Source: Catajapyx aquilonaris (Eukaryota). From it: a DNA stretch of 48,779 bases. The notes under the pieces are model-generated. The model was given only the letters and a program-made list of their open reading frames with translations, was not told the DNA's origin and did not search any database. Location of the stretch: NCBI GenBank assembly GCA_000934665.2, contig KZ538068.1:124001-172779 (forward strand), written 5' to 3'. Positions 12,301 to 23,625 of this stretch are shown here, piece by piece. Position 1 is the first letter of the stretch, and the number at the start of each line of letters is the position of its first letter. The translations under genes were made by a program, and so were the position numbers.

Positions 12301-15300
12301 GAAATATGGGGAGACGGAATATGGGGCGCTTGTTCGGTGTGTACACACCAGTTTTGGGTTACACTGCCTCTGTGGGACGGAGTAAATTCATAGCCACGTC
12401 GGAGGCTAACACTTTCCACAAACTAAGGCGTAGCAACCTGGGAGAGTAAAGTAACGTCGGGTCCAAACCATATTATTCTACAGGAGCAGGGGAGAATGTG
12501 TCACCAGAGAGTACTTGAGGTCAATGTGTGGTGTCTTCTGTTCCATTGAGTTGTTCTAACTTTTGGTGAATTCCGTACCAGTCGTACCGACATGTGACGA
12601 TCGAGATCTCTCCTATCTCACCCCTCTCTCGTAAGCCAGCAAACAGGGTCTCACCTCTCTAACATCGGGACCTGGGGGCAGTTGGCAGTGCCCCGGCTAT
12701 TTATGAGGGCGCGGGAGTCAAATTTATGCCAGCGCATGACGCAAAGTGTTAGCCCTCCTTGGGCTGACGCTCCGAATAAATTTCCAAGTCACAAAACAGT
12801 CCTGTGGGGAGTCGTAAATATGGCTGCCTCAGTGGCTTGCGAGTTTATTTTAGGATTGGAGGGAGGGGTAGGAAGGGGGGGTAGGAAGAGAGCGAGGCCT
12901 ACTCTAGGCCTTACCTCCCTTTTCCCCCTACCGACCGTCCGGTCTTCGGAGTTATGGGGACAGGGAGTTGGGAAGCGACGGGCGGGCTGCCTCCCAGACA
13001 TCGGCCCCCTACTCCCTGGGGACCCACAAGGGCGCTCCGGATAGGCGGGAATCGGGGATCCCCCGGGCCACAGACCCGAGATCCCCGGATTACCTGCCTC
13101 CAGAACAAGGCCTGAGGGCCAAATAGGACGAACCACCCCTCTACCTCCCACCAGCTCTCTTCTTATACAGATCTATACTGGGGAGGAGGGAGGGAAGGAG
13201 GGAGAGACTGATGATCTCGCGACAACCATCTCCGCCGTTCCATTTCACCACCGGAACCACCTTTCTTTTTCCGGGGGTGATTGGTCCGGACTGGGCCTCA
13301 TGAGTGCCGTGGTTGGCAAGGAGGTCTCTGACGTCGGAGCAGAAACCAAGTTGTGGAAATACAGACCACTTCATTTTATAGATTTAAGGTGACATGCAGC
13401 CTCAAATGTGCTAATGGTCAATTGATACCGCTGAAGAGGTGCTTGTGGCCCCACGACAAGGTTTGAAATTATAGAAGAGGCCTATTGCTCATTAACTCCA
13501 TTAATTTGCCATAATTAAAATATGATTTGTTCCAGATTGTCACAATATAACCTCTTCACTAAGAAACTCATGCTTGGAATCAATCATATTGATTCCCATT
13601 ATTATTGATCCTTATTAATTGTCTGATTTGAATGATAATACCCGTACGTTTGATATTATGGAATAAGGGCACACGAAAATATTAAACTTCAAATATTTTT
13701 TTCAAAATAAATAACAGAGGAGGTCATGAAATTGGCAGAACTATCCGAGTGACACTGGAATGAATATTGCAGATATGGAAATTTGACATTTGAAGACCAC
13801 ATAATCACTTGTGGAATCCTTTTTTAAAACATTTCTGTACTGGATTATAATTTTTCTACCAGAAATCTAATTGAATAATCCGAAAGTTTTAGTCAGTGAC
13901 ATAATGCATAACGCAAGTTACGATAAAAAATGCGACTGTGCTCATTTTATTTCAATTTGTCAAAAACTGTGCATGACCATCAACAGTAAGACTAATCAAT
14001 TTTATCAAAACTGCACAACCATACATGTAATGATGACAAATCATCATGTCAGCCTAATTCATACAAACCAATGGTATTACACCCCTTGTATCGTTTTTCC
14101 AACGTCAACAACTCATCAGCTCCCTAATCCAAACCGCTAATAGCAATCGATCGTATCCATCACTAAAAGTGGAAAAGAATTAGAAACCGTATCCCTAAAA
14201 ATCCAACATTTCACTTCCCTCCAAAATTCCATTTGCAACAATCAGTCCAAGAGCCAAATCGTCCGGAAACGAAACTTGCACTTAACATTAACAAATGACT
14301 ATCTCCAGTTACAACCCCCTCCTCCTCCCAAATTGCTTGTCAATAAATTTGTCTCCAGATCCAGCTGCAGCGCACACTGTTTGCTTTTCTTACGTCCCCA
14401 ACCCTACGTTATTTTGACCACACCATTGTTTGGTTTTGGCATGCCTTCTAGGCACAGTCAACTACTAACGTCGCCCGTTCTCCACAAGAGAGAGAAAAAA
14501 AATTCCGTCGCGTTTTTCTCCGTCCCCTAACACTCATTTGGTGCACTCGTTGGACTTGGCCATTTGCTGTGTGGACCTAAAGGAGCCATTAGGCAAAAGA
14601 TAGAACCTGGCCATTAGGGTATAGAGCAGGCGGACTTCGGCATCGCCCAAGGTGGTGGGTTGGGCGATAGAGCAGGCCTGGCCCAATGACTTTCAGAAAC
14701 TCCGATAGATAGTATTCAAGGATAGCGGATTTGCCAGGGGCACAGACCATGCCATGCAGATGGGGGGTAATTGTTCCGGTCTCTTAAGAAAACAGGGATG
14801 GTACTAAAGGGGAGAGGGCATGTTTGACCTCGTTCAGATTACTGGTGCTTATCGGTTGGCTAAACAGATTGTGTCGGGGTTCAAGGAACTTGCATGGCTA
14901 ATACTAAGCCTATAGCGGACGGAAAGAAGGACAGAAAGCCATATTTTTTATGAATAAAACACTCTTTCACATTGTGTCAAATATGTAGCCGGTAGGCCTG
15001 CTTTGTAGTAAAATATGTCCAATATTTTTTCCACTTTTACAGTACAGGTTATGTGATAATTCATTCATGAGAGGTGGAGAAAAGAGCGACGTATGCATTT
15101 TTCCTGCAGCGAAAATCAATGCTCTTGTTCCCTTTTTTTAAAAAAGTGGCAAACAATGCAATGGTGTTATGACTTATATCCAAAGGCTTTCACATTCATA
15201 TCAAATGTCCATAAACATTTCTCGTGACAAGATCCGGGCACAAATCTGCATTTCCACCCCATGATATTCCCCGTACGATACCAAAATTATAATAAATCAG

Positions 15301-15591
15301 CGAGAGCTGAATTCAGACTGACTAATCTCACTTCAGGAAATCCCTTGATAGATGACCGTCTTATGGAGATCCTCCCGGCCTCCGTCGAATAAGTTATGAA
15401 TCCACATCAAACATGAGTAGTGCACTTACCGGACCCTGAGAACTTTACCCGGAAAAGGGCCAGCGACCTTTAAACACTATGAACTAGTGGACATTTGTAA
15501 CACCAAAGCTATTAAGTGTCTGCTGTAGACTGGGCCCGTTGGAAATATTAAATTAAAATATTAAAATATTCTATTATCCAACCAAATTCGC

Positions 15592-15810
15592 ATTGCGCAT
15601 GCGCCAGTTTACGCTTCTAGCAGTACGGTAACCCCGGTAACCAGAAACTATAAAGACTGCGCATGCGCCAGTTTACGCTTCTAGAGGTACGGTAACCAGG
15701 CACATGCGCACTCCTTTGTATAAAGACTGCGCATGCGCCAGTTTACGCCTCTGAAGGTAACCTGGCGCATGCGCAGCCCTTTATATAAACGCTGCGCATG
15801 TGCCAGGTTC
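15592..15810. repeat. Tandem array (~3.5 units, ~65-70 bp) of internally palindromic units rich in TGCGCATGCGC
   Basis: Each unit reads TATAAAGACTGCGCATGCGCCAGTTTAC...GTAACCTGGCGCATGCGCAGCCCTTTATA, so the arms are reverse complements. There are six GCGCATGCGC-like motifs. Confidence 0.85.
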
Positions 15811-16778
15811 CCTCTACGGACCCTACAGAACGGACCATGAATCCTCCAGTTCTACCTGACGAATTCACCTGAAACTTGGCCTACGATACCATCAGCTCTA
15901 ATGGCAGAACCCCAGCTGCATTCCGACGCCCGTCGCGTGCTCTCTCACTCTTTTTCACGCCCTTTCTCCCCGCCCCCTGTGTAAAGTACTGTTTGAATTG
16001 AGAGAAATTTCAGGGGAAGGAAGAAAGTGTCTTTATATAGGGAGGAAGGGGAGGAAGGGGGTGGTTGGCATTCGCCCAGAAAACAGTTTGGGCCTAACAT
16101 TGGGCCTCTCCCTCCCCCAGCAGCGTTCCGAGTGGGATTCTGCAGAGGCCGTCGCTACTTGCTCCATTAGAAGAATTTACGGTGACGCGAAGGAGGGCTA
16201 AATGTACAATTGGTATTACTACGGGTCTCTTGCAGGCCTGCGGCGCAAAAATTGCTTACGGAGCTTTTGTTCACATGCCGCCTCGCTCCGCAGATGTGGA
16301 ACTAGGAGGCTTTATAAAGACTCCGAGGGTGGGTGCATGGCCGGCTCACTGCGGAAAAAAACGAAATACACGTGTGATGTGCTTCTCGTTTCTTTTATAT
16401 AGAAAAAATAGGACCGTTATTTCGTGAAGGGAGACATATTTTGTGGGTTGGCATTCTGAGAAAATTAACGAATTGGGTTTTGTGACAGGTCAATTTCGAC
16501 CTGGCGGACTTATATGGGCTCGATAGGCTCGATATGGGAGAAAAGGGATTTTCTCTCAATGTAACAGGAGGTTGCGTAGTTGCTTGCGTATTCAGTTATG
16601 AGAACTGTATAATGTGAGGAGAATTCTGTCTGGACAAGGATGTTCATACTTTTGAAGTATGAGATAGAGCATGATTGGAGGATGTTCATGTCTTAATGCA
16701 TATTTCGTGTGTTAATAAAATTAGTTGGTTACCATATGGTCCAGTAATACGCAATCGGACATCCAAATACCACGGTCA

Positions 16779-16846
16779 CGGGGGCGAATACGCCGGGGGC
16801 TAAAAGTCCGGGGGGCGAAACGGCGGGGGCCAAAAGTCCGGATCCC
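16779..16846. repeat. 15-bp GC-rich repeat (4 units, alternating) ending in CCGGATCCC; possible orphan subterminal repeat of a TIR element
   Basis: Units are CGGGGGCGAATACGC, CGGGGGCTAAAAGTC, CGGGGGGCGAAACGG and CGGGGGCCAAAAGTC. No partner end was found. Confidence 0.7.
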
Positions 16847-17853
16847 TCTCACGACTGATTATAAACTTGCACGCCTCACCCCAGGTCCCCACCCGACACC
16901 CATGCATCCACGCCATCTCTTGACAAAACTCCCAACTTCTCCCTACCTCCATCTAGTGGATGTGGGAGGTGTCCCCATTGTTTCAATAAAATGTCAACCC
17001 AAAACACCGTTTAGACCAAAAATGGTAAAACAGCAGCCTTAATTTATTGTCTTCTTTGCACCCCTCCTTCCCCCACAGCCCTCCTCAATTGAGTAAATCT
17101 GTCCCGAATCATAAAGATTCCCCCAGAAAAACCTGTGCCTTCCTCCGCAGAGGGTTTCCATTGTCCCAAATGAAGTGGTCCGAGTCCTTTTCTTGGTCGC
17201 CCGTAGCTGAAACTGGTCCGGGGAATGAAACGTGGACCATTAAACAGGTACAATGTGCAGCGACGAGATCCCTAATTGACTTTGCCGATTCCGTCGTCTG
17301 GAGGACGCATTAGTACTGAGTGATGGCCCATCAGGAAGCCCCAAATGTCGCCTTAAATTTGGAAGTGAGACGTGCATGCTACCTTGTATGCAGATTTGCC
17401 AAAGTCTCCCAAGAATTATAACTGCCCGGAGAGGAGCTTTGCATATCATTAACCCTCTCGGCTCTCCCAGCTTAAATGTCCTCCCGAGTGGGCCTACAAG
17501 TGCCTCGCTAGTTTTCATACCCGGTATTGTGTTGCGGATGAGGGTTTCCCGTTGAATGGTCAGTGTATACTGCCAGAGGAAGGTAATCAGGAATCATATA
17601 CACGTGACGTGCTTTGGGTTGTTACAAGATGGGGATGGCGATAGTGACAATGCCTCTACGAATGGAGAGTGCAAAAGCACATTTGAAATTGAAATTATTT
17701 ATAAATATGAAATTATTTTGCATTTATTTTTATTTATATGACATGATATTCACATAATTTTAGTCATTACATTTAATAAAAAATATTGCACAAACCTTAT
17801 TTGTAAATTGTAATTAAATAATATGATGTAACGAAGCAATAAGGTAGGGAATG

Positions 17854-17909
17854 TAAATAAATAATAAAATTAATTGCTTAGCTAAGTAATTTATTTTATT
17901 ATTTATTTA
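17854..17909. repeat. 56-bp AT-rich near-perfect palindrome with no loop
   Basis: Arms 17854-17881 and 17882-17909 match at 26/28 positions, centred on TTAGCTAA. Confidence 0.8.
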
Positions 17910-18541
17910 TCGTTTTCTTTTTATCATTTTATCATGTTTTATCATGTTTATTATATTTATCCTATTTATCATTTAATGATAAAATAAAGAAAATAAATTA
18001 TTGCAGGCAAAGCATGTTTGCCAATTACAAAAATTCATCATAATACAGTATGTAGGTACACATTTTTCATTGTATAAATTATTTTCACTGACTTTATAGC
18101 CTTATTATGGCACAAAGATTGGGCCGAAAATCCCAACCCTTTCTGATTGGCTGCAGTCTCTCGTTCCCGCCCGTTATTGGCTTAGACTAAACTACGACAG
18201 ACAAGTTCAGGCCACCTGCAGAGATCATGAAGCTCCTGGCGCGCTTATCCCGCAAATGCAGGCCGTAATAAAACCAACACTTGGAAGAACACACACACCG
18301 CTGTCGCAGCGGTCTCACGCAACTCCACGCGGTAAATATTCAGCAGGTTGAAAATCGAGTGGAGCCAGGTGAAACCCGGGGCGCAGCTACCATCAGGCAA
18401 TATTTATGTAAAGACCCGGGTAGGAAAATGACGCGAAGGCTTGGGAAGGTGGGAATTTAAAGCGGCAGGATGGCAGGCGGAAACAAGCCATGGGTTTAAA
18501 TTAGTGGATAGAGGCCAAGAAGAAAAAGGCGGAGGAAATAG

Positions 18542-18544
<3 letters not shown>

Positions 18545-18575
<31 letters not shown>

Positions 18576-18618
18576 NNNNNNNNNNNNNNNNNNNNNNNNN
18601 NNNNNNNNNNNNNNNNNN
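18545..18618. other. Poly-C run followed by assembly gap (43 N)
   Basis: 31 C at 18545-18575, then N at 18576-18618. Confidence 0.99.
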
Positions 18619-19775
18619 GCCCCGCCAAGACGACAGACCGCAGGCTTGGAAAGCCAGAACCCAACCCAAACCCAAACCCCCCCCCCCCCTCCTCCCGCGC
18701 ATTTTCCAGGGGGCCTTCAGCCTGCAGTAAAGCCGCTCTCGCACGTACCACCGCAGCACCAGCCGCAGTTTCAGATCCTTGCCCTTCCCCACCCACCCTC
18801 TCCCTTGCATGCTCCTTAAGATCTCAGGTAATTGGTATATACTACGTCTTTCCCTAAAACCGCCTCAACCTACGGCTATAAACTATTCCGGGGCTAAAGA
18901 AAAAGAGAACTAAAGGCACCCCTCCCCCTCCTGATACGTATTGCAAACAAGCACGGAACCATTAGAGTCATCTAATATAATTATATGGTAGCTAGAAGAC
19001 TACTGAAAAAGTTTCACGACATCATGTTTGAAAGTTAGCCGTGATTGTGAGCGGCTGACGCTAGCATAACGTCAGCGCCAATCAGCGTGAAGGTAACAAC
19101 TACGGCGGGCCAATCTCAACTCTTGATTGGTGCGCCGTACTTGCTTTTCTAGCAGCGGACAGGTATAAACTGTCATTAAGTCGCTTGCGAATATCCGTGA
19201 TTGTTTCACGTGAATATTATCAAATCTGTTGAATATCTTCGACTAAATTGATCACAGATAATTATTACTATATGCATATCTAAAACACCTTTGAAGACTT
19301 AATCGTTTTACGTGAATAGCTCTGTACTATCTGTCTCACAGATATTCCGTATTTTTTTTCAAGTAACTAGCGACAAATCTGCCACGCACAATATCCTCTG
19401 ATCTCATCCAACCAATCATATTCTTGCTCATCCCTGAGCTCACAACTCCGACCAATAATAATATAGATTTTCTTACAGCGCCACTGCTTGCACCGTCTCA
19501 GTTATCGACCTGAAGATTGCTCATAATTTGTGTGGGACGCAAGCTTGGGAGAAACAATCTGCATTGTAGTGGCTTCCATTCTTCTGCGCTTCAATGCGAA
19601 CAATGTGTGGGCTTGATAGCTCTAAATGAGCGGCGAAGCACAACCGGATTCCATTCGTGCTTCAAAGTTGTTATCAAGTTTGCTGGGAGTAAATTGACGA
19701 CAATTGTCTCAGGATGCGACAGTAATCCCAATCAGTGTCTTGCAGGCTATTAATATTTTATAGTCTATCGGAGTA

Positions 19776-19816
19776 CGGGGTGTGCCAAATTTGCAGGGTG
19801 TTTTTGTAACACCCTG
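19776..19816. mobile_element. 41-bp relic consisting of two Tc1/mariner-like termini
   Basis: TA|CGGGGTGTGCCAAA...TTTTTGTAACACCCTG|TC. Same terminal motif as the TACAGGGTG ends elsewhere in the window. The right flank is TC, not TA. Confidence 0.4.
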
Positions 19817-20489
19817 TCCCGGGGCAGTTGGAATGCTGGAGAATGGCTTACCATAAAGTGAAGCCATGCGGAGTCTGCGTCCATTAATCTTCATTTGGCC
19901 ATCAGTTAACAGCGGCATAGCGGTTGCCAGAAGGTGAAATAAGAGTGCTCGGCAGTACGAAAAACCAATATCACATGGAATTCCCGAAAAAAGCACAAAA
20001 AAACGGCACCTTTAAATCTCTGAGAGGTAGTAAAGCCCTGCAGAGGTCCCGTTACTAGTTAATTGGAGGTATCCTTGGGGCTAAATAGCCATTTGGAAAG
20101 ACACAGGCGGCACGGACCCCACTTCGGCAGCAGACGTAATTGACAATATCACCAAGTCAAAAGACTATCTTAGGACCCTTTCCCCGGTCTAATCAAGGGA
20201 GTAAACAAGGACGAGGGGGATGCGCCACGCAAAATTGAAAAGAACTATCAACCTGGATTACACGTGTCATTCCGACAATCGTAAACCAATGGAAAAAAAT
20301 AACGTCTGCTACACGCCCATACTTTGGGATTTTATAAGCCCTCTTAATATGCCACGTGGTAGTAAAGTCACGCATTAGCATTGTGCTAGATTTATCAGGA
20401 CTCTTGATGATATCCTGACTTCTAGGCAACCGCAATCTGGTCTCACGGAAAGTATGACCTGCAGGCGCAACATGCATGGGACCTTGGCC

Positions 20490-20602
20490 ATGCAGGGGAC
20501 CATGCAGGGGACCACGCAGGGGACTACGCAGGGGACTACGCAGGGGACTACGCAGGGGACCACGCAGGGGACTACGCAGGGGAGGATGGCCACGCAGGGG
20601 AC
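20490..20602. repeat. 12-bp minisatellite (~9 copies, AYGCAGGGGACY)
   Basis: Direct 12-bp periodicity. It explains the VVPC-repeat ORF. Confidence 0.95.
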
Positions 20603-23378
20603 ACCCTCCACCTTGTAGCTGACAATACGACCAATAAATTAATCTACAGAGAAGATAGTTATCGCATAACTCTACAGGTGGACTAATTATTCAGATAACT
20701 AAGCTCTGTTCCCGGACCCCCCCCCCCCCCCGGCCTTAAAAAAAGTTTCATCTCCCATACTCGGTTCCTTCTGCATCGTCGTATGCTCAGAATCGAAATA
20801 GCGTCTGCTGGCGTGCCCCTGTGCCAGCAGCCGTCCTCTGCAAAGGCACATTTGGCTCCATATGTAGGCTGAAGATGTACAATGCAGTACAGGGACAAAG
20901 TAGTAAAAATTTTATTGGATTCTCCAGAATATATACGCCGGGGGTTTTGTGAATAATTCCATTGAATATTGTCCCGTAGACTCCGGTGTTGCCTTCTGGA
21001 GGTTGAGGGTGGGAGGTGGGGTGGGGGGGGGGGGTTTGTGCGCAGGNGGGTTTGTGCGCAGGGGCAGGGGAGGGGCGAGAGCTGCTCTGGTAGGCAACTT
21101 TCTCTACACAAAGGGGGGACTATCAGGAGTGAGGCGCGTGCGGCAGTCAATATTCTCTGCGGCCATCCTCGGGGGCAGTAGCAGGGTGGAAACGGCGAAC
21201 CTGAGTCTCGCTCCATGCATATTTACTGCTGCCTTTGCTCCATAAAACGGCTGAGACGGCCATACGGGAGAGACCCCCCTAGACCGGGTGGGGGGTCGCG
21301 ACACCTATGCCTTTTTCCTCCACCAGATGAAGAATGGCCCGCCGCCTTTGAAATTCCGACCAGCCTTATTCCTCGGCCACGGCTTAGCCCAAATTATGCA
21401 GCGGGTGATAGGCAGGTGTGCCGTGCATCCTAACCAACAAACGCCACACCCAACTAGGAGACAGACAGCGTGACTCCATGCCCACGCGCATGCCCACTGC
21501 GCACCCGGTACAAACAAATATATCTTTCCTTCTTGTCAATTGTCATACCCACATGCTGATATACCCAACTTTGGGCAATTACAATGTGAAAAAATGGCCT
21601 ACCTGGATATGCTCCTTTCCTGCAGGGAAGACCGCCAGGAAGTCTATCGCTTCGGGGGGTCTAGCGTCTGGGAAAGCCTGCAGAAAAGGCAAGGCCGCCA
21701 CAGCATACCGATTGGGGCGCCGCGGCAGTAGCAGACGACCCGGAACCCTCCCTCTTTCCCTCACTCCCACCTCCGCCATCCCCTCCATTTCATCTCCGGA
21801 ACACCTCCACCACCCTCTGCCTTTTTTTCCCTGGCCCTCAGCCACTCTGTCTGCCAAAGGTGCACAGGTGTTTTAAACTGACCTACTGCCCCATGTTACT
21901 ATAGGTGCATATTTTTATACATTTTCAACTAAAATTATGCATTTTTATGGTTGTCTGCAATTTTTAAACACACATTATTTTACGCACAAAAGTGTGTAAC
22001 AATACACATACCTAGTTTTCAGGGGTAGTCTAATTGCCGTCGTCAGATAAATTGTAGAGTACAGGAAAACCTAATTATGGCCCCATTCCAACATGAATAC
22101 GGTAATGTGCAGGCTGTTAGGCCAGAAGAAATATGGGGGGCACAGAGTGCATCTGGGAGAGGGTCCTAGTTATAGATTTGCCTTGTACACTCCTAATTTG
22201 AAGCTGGCGCGTAAATTAGAGGGACGGATGTTTGTCCTTGCCATATGTCGGCAAATATTTTGTTTTATGAGCACATCACTTAACCCTTGCGGTAAATCAC
22301 ATTTAAAAACTTTTTGTCCATTGTCAGGATTATACAAAATCTGAATATTCCATGCAGCCTGTAAAAACCTATATGGAGTTGCCTATCAGGCTAAATCTGC
22401 ACCGCACCCGTTTACTTTATAGCATTCCAACTATAGAAGCAACATTCGATAGTTACCTCATTATAGGATTATCGATCACTACGAGTTTTCTCTGTTAGGA
22501 GACGATACGGTAGCGATAACCTACCAGATAAATTTGCTTTACTAGACAAAGAATTACACTGCATCCAGACTGAACGACCACACCAGCATGAACCGTTTAC
22601 TTTTTATACACACATTTTGAAAGGGTTTTTACCCGGATTTAGGATGCAATAATTTGTCTGACCGTACTTGGAATGCGGCCCAACTTGTATTGTATCTTAT
22701 CCATACCTCACATTTCTCATCCGCCAGAAATCCAGCCAAAAAAAATCCATATCTTAATTTGATTAGACGCTGCAGTATTTTTTGGCATACACTTGATTGG
22801 GCCAAGGTCATTGCAGTAACCTGAAGGAATCCCTATTCTGCAACACAACAATCAAAATCCGGGGGGGAAAAATGACAGATTCTTCTCCGCCTCTTAAGGA
22901 CAACCCACGCTTTCTTCATTGCCAGGGAAATGGTGGAAAATGAAAAGAAATGTGGGCTCCAAACTGTTTCCTCGAGATGGAAACTGTCTCTAGGCGAAAC
23001 CTGCCCGGCCTTCAAAGATGAATATTATAGGATCTATTGGCCAAACTTGGTTGTTTCTCCCAAACTGCATCCTTCTGGACCCGACCCCCCTCCTACAAAC
23101 CTTTCTTACTGTTATTATTATTGTTACAGCCTCATCGATTACGCCAGCAAGCAACGTCACGGTCAATATTGCTCGAAATAATGGGTTTGTTCCTGGAGGC
23201 GCCAGTAAAAACGTTCGCAAGTTTATTATAGCCCGGATGGAGAAGATTAGGGAAGAGGTTTGGGTTTGAGATGGGAAAAAGTGGGTGGCCATCTTCAGGA
23301 CTGTTTCGGTGCCGTATTATTGAGGCTGAAAGCCGATATTTCCGGAAGAGACAGCGGGAGTCCAGATGAGCTAATAGG

Positions 23379-23625
23379 CAAGGGGCTAGCAACTCCCTGG
23401 AAGTGGTGTACACACTGGCCAAGGAAGCAGGTGGAACAGGCTTGGAACCAGCCTGGAGCCGGGGTGGAGCCGAGGTGGAGCCGGTATGGAGCCGGGATGG
23501 AGCCGGGATGGAGCCGGGATGGAGCCGGGGTGGAGCCGGGGTGGAGCCGGGATGGAGCCGGGTGGAACCTACCGGTTCCAGAATCTAGTGTACACTTTTT
23601 AGGCCAGGGAGTTGCTAACCCCTTG
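23379..23625. mobile_element. hAT-type MITE (247 bp) with 8-bp TSD and internal 11-bp minisatellite
   Basis: 22-bp TIRs CAAGGGGCTAGCAACTCCCTGG and CCAGGGAGTTGCTAACCCCTTG (21/22). Perfect TSD CTAATAGG at 23371-23378 and 23626-23633. Internal (TGGAGCCGGGR)n at about 23454-23565. Confidence 0.92.

Noticed and set aside
15845..15910. Hammerhead-like CTGACGA...GAAAC
   Set aside because: There is no stem III and no correctly placed NUH cleavage triplet. Other CTGANGA hits also lacked the core.
18404..18857. Poly-Pro/poly-Gly ORFs
   Set aside because: They are artefacts of the poly-C run and the N-gap.
21032..21062. 15-bp direct repeat GGGTTTGTGCGCAGG
   Set aside because: The copies sit on either side of a single N (21047), typical of an unmerged contig overlap.
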